Shown piece by piece: positions 58,520 through 64,000 of a DNA stretch of 64,000 nucleotides (the first letter of the stretch is position 1; each line of letters begins with the position of its first letter). The notes under the pieces are model-generated. The model had not been told where the DNA came from, did no database searches, and was given only the letters and a program-made list of their open reading frames with translations. The DNA is from Chlamydiota bacterium (lineage in GTDB: Bacteria > Chlamydiota > Chlamydiia > Chlamydiales > 2-12-FULL-49-11). The stretch spans positions 45,329-109,328 of the forward strand of contig JAHFTJ010000001.1 of assembly GCA_023269435.1 (NCBI GenBank). The letters are read 5' to 3'. The position numbers were made by a program, and so were the translations under genes.

Positions 58520-60182
58520 AATCATTGTATCAGAACTGATAAAATCAGGCGTAAGGCATTTTTTAATTAATACAAAATGCAGTTGCACGCCAATTGCATT
58601 GGCTATATCAAAAGAACCTCTAGCCGATATTACAACGCATTTCGACGAGAGAGGTTTAGCTTTTCACGGTATTGGCATAGCAAAAGCTACAAATCTTCCC
58701 TCTTGTTTAGTTTGCACATCAAATGCTTCTATTTTTAATTTATATCCTGCAATTGTAGAAGCGAAATTGTCTAACATTCCATTAATTATTTTACTCACAG
58801 AGTTGTTATTTGACACAACTGTATTCGGTAAACATTTAAAGTTTGAAACAAATATAGTAATTAAAAATTCACTTACACATTATGATGATATAGCTGCAAT
58901 TATAGATCATAGCGTCTATATGTCGCTAAATCCGCCAGCCGGACCAATTTTAATAAATTGCATAATTCAAGACTCTCTTTATCCATTGAATAAAAATGAA
59001 AATTATGACATTAAAAATGAAAATAAACCGCTCCCAAAAACAAAATATTATTTTTACGATAAAATTTTGCACGATGACGAAATAAATTATTTAGCAAATG
59101 AGCTATCTCTACATGAAAAAGGGATTATTATTGTTGGAGAACGCCAAATTTCACGTTTAGAAGAATCTATATTTTCATTAGCAATAAAGCTCCAATGGCC
59201 AATTTTTGCCGATATTCAATCCCAATTAAGACATGTTGGAAAAGATTCAACAATTATCAATTTCTATAATCAAATTATACAAACAACATCATTAGAAAAT
59301 AAGATAAATCCAGATATTATTTTACATTTAGGTGGAAATATTGTTTCAGAAACCCTACTTAAGTGGCTTAAACAATTAACACTAAAAAAATATTATCAAG
59401 TAACTAATTTTTCACACACTACAGATCTTTGTAACTTAGTTAGCGACAAAATAGAAATGAATCAAAATCTGTTTTGTTCAAAAATATCAAAAATTTTAAA
59501 ATGGAAAACTCCAAATTTATGGTTAAGCTTTTGGAAGGCAAAATCTCTGAATTTAGAAGAAATTATAGATACATCCTTAAATGAACAAGATACACTCTCT
59601 GAAATAAGTGTAATTCATGGTATATCAAGTCGAATTAATGAAGATATATCTATCTTTTTTGGAAACAATGCTCCAATAAAACATGCAAATAATTTCTTTT
59701 TCCCAAACGAAAAAATCGGTCAATTATTTGCAAATTGTGGTTCATGCGAAGTAGAAGGGTCGATAGCATTATCTATTGGAGTTGCAAAAGGGATAAAAAA
59801 CAAAGTAGTTGTAGTTGTAGACTATTTATCATTTTTACAAGACATAAACAGTTTAGCTATTTTACATAAAAACAAAACACCGATAACATTTATAGTATTA
59901 AATAATTTTACAGATGAATTGCCACAATTTCAACTTACATCTAAGTATTCAATTACTATAAAAAAAATTGCAGAAGGATTTAACATACAACATTTTTGTT
60001 CAAAATCTAAAAAAGATTTTTTAAATATTTTTGAAGAATGCATAAAAATAAATTATTCCAACATAATTGAAGTTATCTCATCAAATGAGGTAAATGTAAA
60101 ATTCAACAAAGAAATTGAAAATTATATAAAAAATCAATTAATCGACAACAAAAAAAATAAAATATTTTATGTAACCAGTTAA
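58470..60182 (+). CDS. menD: Divergent MenD-like (SEPHCHC synthase) thiamine-diphosphate enzyme
   Basis: 570 aa. It has an N-terminal HFDERGLAFHGIG segment (conserved Glu region) and a C-terminal ThDP-motif remnant VDYLSFLQDINSL...IVLNN. The start is ambiguous, with several in-frame TTG codons; the TTG at 58509 would overlap the ubiE stop by 11 nt. Confidence 0.65.
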   Translation: MDLELDLYILGIKLHNKIIVSELIKSGVRHFLINTKCSCTPIALAISKEPLADITTHFDERGLAFHGIGIAKATNLPSCLVCTSNASIFNLYPAIVEAKLSNIPLIILLTELLFDTTVFGKHLKFETNIVIKNSLTHYDDIAAIIDHSVYMSLNPPAGPILINCIIQDSLYPLNKNENYDIKNENKPLPKTKYYFYDKILHDDEINYLANELSLHEKGIIIVGERQISRLEESIFSLAIKLQWPIFADIQSQLRHVGKDSTIINFYNQIIQTTSLENKINPDIILHLGGNIVSETLLKWLKQLTLKKYYQVTNFSHTTDLCNLVSDKIEMNQNLFCSKISKILKWKTPNLWLSFWKAKSLNLEEIIDTSLNEQDTLSEISVIHGISSRINEDISIFFGNNAPIKHANNFFFPNEKIGQLFANCGSCEVEGSIALSIGVAKGIKNKVVVVVDYLSFLQDINSLAILHKNKTPITFIVLNNFTDELPQFQLTSKYSITIKKIAEGFNIQHFCSKSKKDFLNIFEECIKINYSNIIEVISSNEVNVKFNKEIENYIKNQLIDNKKNKIFYVTS

Positions 60183-60307
60183 TTTATTGGCTTAACTGCC
60201 TCCTAAAGAAGTGCAATTGCACCATTGCCGATCGTTTAATAACTTTGTTACATTGTAAAAAAACTACCGCTGACTTATAATCACATTACTGAAAAAACAT
60301 TAAATGT

Positions 60308-62308
60308 GTGCAACAAATGTCTGATATTAAAGATAAAAATAACACTTTAGATTTTAATCCTCTCATTTTTGAAACAACAAATTACAACCATAGCGAATTT
60401 TTACAAAAAAATGGGGAAAAACAATTGCTTCAAGACGATATAAAAGGCTTAAAGTTATTCGAGTTAGCATTAGAATTAGACAAAAACAACTATAAGTTGT
60501 TTTACAGACAAGGTTTAGCCCTATTAAAATATGGTGAAAAAAAGAACATCAAAAAATATCTTTTATTAGCTAATAAAAAATTTAAAAAATCTGTAAAATT
60601 AGTGCCTGAATTTTTCAATGGATGGAAATCTTGGGGTGACACGCTATTAATACTTGGTAATACGCTAAATCAACACCACTTTTTTTTAGAATCTAAAGAA
60701 AAATTTCAAACCGCTTTAAAATATATTGAGAATACTAACAATTTTGATATTGCAAATATATATTATATGTTAGGAAAAATTTTAGAGATAATTGCAAATA
60801 AATCTGGAGAGACTTCTGATTTAAGTTATGCATTTGAAGCGTATTCGAAAGCTGTCTCTTACAATGAAAATCTTTCATCAAAATTTTGGGGAGATTTTGG
60901 TAAAGCATCGTTAAAATTAGGAATTCAAATTAATGATATTCGATTGTACCTAAAATCAATAAATTGTCATAAAAATAGCGTTGCTAAATCTCCATCAGAC
61001 TATGAAAATTGGTATAATTTAGCAGATGTCATCTCGCATTTATATCAAATCACATATGATGAAGACCACTTTTATCAAGCAAACGAATGTTTTACACGAT
61101 CTGCCAAACTTAAAATTGACAATAAATTAATATGGCGTAGATGGGCTGAGTTGTTAACTAATTCTGGTAAGCACTTATTTGATGTAAAAAGAGTCTATGC
61201 GGCTGTAGAAAAATGCCAAACAGCCTCATCTTATGGTTGTAATGACGAAAAAATTATGATTATCTGGAGTGAAGCGTTAGCAGCTATTGGTATAATTTCA
61301 GACAAATTAGACCCAATTATCGAAGCTACAAATAAAATAGCAAAAACAAAAGAGGAATTTGGCGATACTGAAGATATTTGTCGTGCACATGGAATAATTC
61401 TTTACACACTTGGGCAATATTACAACGAAGTAGATTACTATTATCAAGCTGTAGAGAAGTTTCAAGAGGGACTTTCAATAAATAGAACTAATCATCAACT
61501 CTGGTATCACTTGGGTAATACATACGCTACAATAGCAGATATTGAATCTTATATTTCTATTTACGATAGGGTTTCTAAATTTTTTCTTAAAGCTATAGAA
61601 TTGCAAGGCGATAGCTTGTATCACTACAAATATGCGAGAGTTTTAACAAAAATAGCAGAATTCAACCAAGAAAACACCACTTTAGAAAATGCCATTTCAC
61701 ATTTTGAACAAGCATTAATGTTGCAAAAAAATGGAATCAATGCACACGCCGAGTTGCTATTCTACTATGCAACAGCCCTAGATTTAATGGGTGATTTTTT
61801 AGATAATGATAAATATTACATAAAGGCTATTGAAATACTTAAGCGAGTGTTGACAATAAACAATAACTTTGATGAAATTCACCACAAATTAGGAGTTGTT
61901 TATTCTCATCTTGGAGAATTGGTAAGCGAACCTGAGATATTTCAATTAGCAATTTCTCATTATAAAATTGCTTATACTGAAAATGAAGAAAACGAACAAC
62001 TTTTATTAGACTGGGCAATTTCATTAATTAATTTATCTGAAACTTCTAATGACAACGAATATAAAGAGCAAATATTAAAAGAAGCTGAATATAAACTTAT
62101 ACAATCATATAAATTAGGCAATGTAGATGTATATTACCATTTAAGTTGCATCTATTCGCTAACGCAACAGTACGAAAAAGCTATTTACTTCTTGGAAAAA
62201 TCAGAACAATTTGGATCGCTCCCACCTTATGATATAGTTTTAGAAGACTCTTGGCTTGAAAATTTACGTTACACAGAATTATTTAAATCTTTTATGAATT
62301 TATCATAA
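60308..62308 (+). CDS. Large TPR-repeat protein
   Basis: 666 aa, all-helical, with a recurrent 34-aa TPR-like periodicity (W..LG......Y..A...F..AL...P). The ATG at 60317 is an alternative to the GTG at 60308. Confidence 0.7.
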   Translation: MQQMSDIKDKNNTLDFNPLIFETTNYNHSEFLQKNGEKQLLQDDIKGLKLFELALELDKNNYKLFYRQGLALLKYGEKKNIKKYLLLANKKFKKSVKLVPEFFNGWKSWGDTLLILGNTLNQHHFFLESKEKFQTALKYIENTNNFDIANIYYMLGKILEIIANKSGETSDLSYAFEAYSKAVSYNENLSSKFWGDFGKASLKLGIQINDIRLYLKSINCHKNSVAKSPSDYENWYNLADVISHLYQITYDEDHFYQANECFTRSAKLKIDNKLIWRRWAELLTNSGKHLFDVKRVYAAVEKCQTASSYGCNDEKIMIIWSEALAAIGIISDKLDPIIEATNKIAKTKEEFGDTEDICRAHGIILYTLGQYYNEVDYYYQAVEKFQEGLSINRTNHQLWYHLGNTYATIADIESYISIYDRVSKFFLKAIELQGDSLYHYKYARVLTKIAEFNQENTTLENAISHFEQALMLQKNGINAHAELLFYYATALDLMGDFLDNDKYYIKAIEILKRVLTINNNFDEIHHKLGVVYSHLGELVSEPEIFQLAISHYKIAYTENEENEQLLLDWAISLINLSETSNDNEYKEQILKEAEYKLIQSYKLGNVDVYYHLSCIYSLTQQYEKAIYFLEKSEQFGSLPPYDIVLEDSWLENLRYTELFKSFMNLS

Positions 62309-62389
62309 CCTAAATTCATTATAAAGAATTCTATTTCTTTATTAGACGTTGTGATACAATTTGATAAAATTTAATTGGATTTTCAAAGT

Positions 62390-64000
62390 ATGAATAAGCG
62401 ATCACTTTTGTTTGTTTTATTGTTAATGGCATCATTTTTATTTATTAACATGTATTTATTTGATCAACCAATTGCAAATAAAGAAAAATCAGCAGTTAGT
62501 CAAGATTCAACACAATTAAATAAAGATGAAACACAAAATCAAACTAAAACAGATAAATCGTACAACGACTACAATAAATTAGAAGAATATTACGTTTTAG
62601 AAAATAAATATCAACAAATAGTTTTTTCTAATATAGGTGGTTCTATTGCAGAGATTAACTTACCATTTAAATCAAAAAATAACAACGAAAGCGTTGTGAG
62701 ACAAATTGCTTTCGACAGGCAAATAGAGATAAGCTCACCGAACAACGTAAATTTTCCGCTGAATTCGTACAAAAAAGCAACTATTACTGGTGTAATTGTA
62801 AAAAAGGATCCAACATTAGGTGGATATACGCCACTTATTCGAAGAAGTTTAAAAAGTAAAGATGGGGCAATCACCTTTAAAATGCCATATCGTCACTATG
62901 CTATGAATCTAGTTTCACATAAATCAAATTTAGATCAAATTGAATATAAAGTTGAAGAATTTACTAACGATGAAATTAAATTTACAGCAAATTCAAACAA
63001 TCAAAAAATAACTAAAACTTTTAAGTTAAACGAAAAAGCACCATACACAATGGAATTAAATATTCAAATAGATAACGATTCTTCAGATTTATATTTAACA
63101 TCAGGTATTCCAGAAGTAGAACTTATGTCGGGCGCTTATTCGCCAGTTTTAGAATACTACTACTCTATTGGAAATAAAAATAAAATAAATTCAATAAAAC
63201 TACCTAAAAATGAACCTAATTATATAAATATTCAACCAATTTGGATTTCTAATTCTAACGGATTTTTTGGTATTATTACAGACCCGATAGACAATACTAT
63301 ATCTTCTAAAATAGAAATAGGTAAAATACCAGGTAACGAAGCTCCAACAAGACTTACTTTAATAAATGGCAAAAGTAACACGTATCAAGAGAAAAATTAC
63401 CCTGGCTACGAAATACTCATACCATATAAACAATCTTCCGAAACATCAAATTTTCGCGTATATGCAGGTCCATATGACACTAATATTTTAAATACAGTAG
63501 ATGAAGTTTATCTAAATAAAGCTACAGGAGAATCGCCTAATTTTTCTAAAGCAATTGTATTGCAGGGATATCTAACATTTATATTAGAGCCTTTTTCAAA
63601 GTTTTTATATTTAATACTGAATCTGTTTTATAATATAACAAAATCGTGGGGTTTATCAATTATTTTATTAACTCTAATTCTTAGAGTGGTGTTGTTTCCA
63701 TTAAATAATTGGTCTTATAAATCTAACGCAAAGTTGCAAGCGATATCACCTAAATTAAAAGCTATTGAAGAAAAATTTAAAAAAGACCCTAGCAGACAAC
63801 GAATGGAAATGGCAATGTTGTATAAAAATGAAGGTGCAAACCCATTTTCTGGTTGTTTGCCTATGTTGATTCAAATTCCATTTCTAATGGGTATGTATGA
63901 TCTTTTAAAATCTACGTTTGCATTAAGGGGTGCATCATTTGTCCCTGGATGGATTGGCAACCTAACTAGCCCAGATATACTATTTTCATGGTCGTATAGT
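62390..64000 (+). CDS. yidC: Membrane protein insertase YidC (runs off the right edge of the window)
   Basis: Absent from the track because it has no stop in the window. My manual translation from the ATG at 62390 gives an N-terminal TM helix, a large periplasmic domain, then WGLSIILLTLILRVVLFPL, KLQAISPKLKAIEEKFKKDP and ANPFSGCLPMLIQIPFLMGMY. Confidence 0.9.
   Translation, partial: MNKRSLLFVLLLMASFLFINMYLFDQPIANKEKSAVSQDSTQLNKDETQNQTKTDKSYNDYNKLEEYYVLENKYQQIVFSNIGGSIAEINLPFKSKNNNESVVRQIAFDRQIEISSPNNVNFPLNSYKKATITGVIVKKDPTLGGYTPLIRRSLKSKDGAITFKMPYRHYAMNLVSHKSNLDQIEYKVEEFTNDEIKFTANSNNQKITKTFKLNEKAPYTMELNIQIDNDSSDLYLTSGIPEVELMSGAYSPVLEYYYSIGNKNKINSIKLPKNEPNYINIQPIWISNSNGFFGIITDPIDNTISSKIEIGKIPGNEAPTRLTLINGKSNTYQEKNYPGYEILIPYKQSSETSNFRVYAGPYDTNILNTVDEVYLNKATGESPNFSKAIVLQGYLTFILEPFSKFLYLILNLFYNITKSWGLSIILLTLILRVVLFPLNNWSYKSNAKLQAISPKLKAIEEKFKKDPSRQRMEMAMLYKNEGANPFSGCLPMLIQIPFLMGMYDLLKSTFALRGASFVPGWIGNLTSPDILFSWSYS

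Noticed and set aside
60211-60222. Perfect 12-nt palindrome GTGCAATTGCAC in the menD-TPR intergenic region (possible operator)
   Set aside because: It is a single occurrence, with no adjacent regulator gene and no second half-site copy in the window. It cannot be distinguished from chance.

Overview
By eye this window is very AT-rich. Its gene content is typical of a Chlamydiota chromosome, probably an environmental or non-Chlamydiaceae lineage. Hallmark genes are an ADP/ATP translocase (NTT), a Lys/Ala-rich Hc2-like histone-like protein, a SET-domain methyltransferase, abutting waaA-leuS, PPi-dependent phosphofructokinase, DUF721-gyrB-gyrA, a DASS dicarboxylate transporter, and several proteins with Inc-like bilobed hydrophobic domains. 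About 60 CDS are packed tightly, with many 1-80 nt overlaps. Housekeeping genes include leuS, tyrS, mnmA, adk, dnaN, pgi, trmB, folC, murB, nusB, holB, tmk, gyrBA, typA, ubiE/menD and yidC. There are four tRNAs: two adjacent CAU tRNAs, tRNA-Pro(UGG) and tRNA-Leu(UAG). I found no rRNA, CRISPR array, transposase, integrase or recognisable prophage. The most unusual signal that no ORF explains is a comparatively GC-rich, ~174-bp imperfectly palindromic element with terminal inverted repeats. It resembles a MITE or a Rickettsia palindromic element. Two near-identical copies lie in opposite orientation at 7065-7238 and 27798-27972, and an internally deleted remnant lies near 43988-44030. Other points worth a second look:
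- An Hc2-like gene with seven perfect 15-bp tandem repeats.
- A membrane-anchored papain-like peptidase, an HD hydrolase and an NTT-like transporter in one operon.
- Tandem ABM-fold paralogues.
- Tandem beta-barrel OMP paralogues.
- An Inc-like protein with 93-bp tandem repeats.
- An M16 peptidase whose signal peptide seems to need an AUU start.
- A trmB reading frame that runs antisense through the whole tRNA-Pro gene.
All calls rest on reading the sequence, the supplied translations and remembered family motifs. No database search was run.
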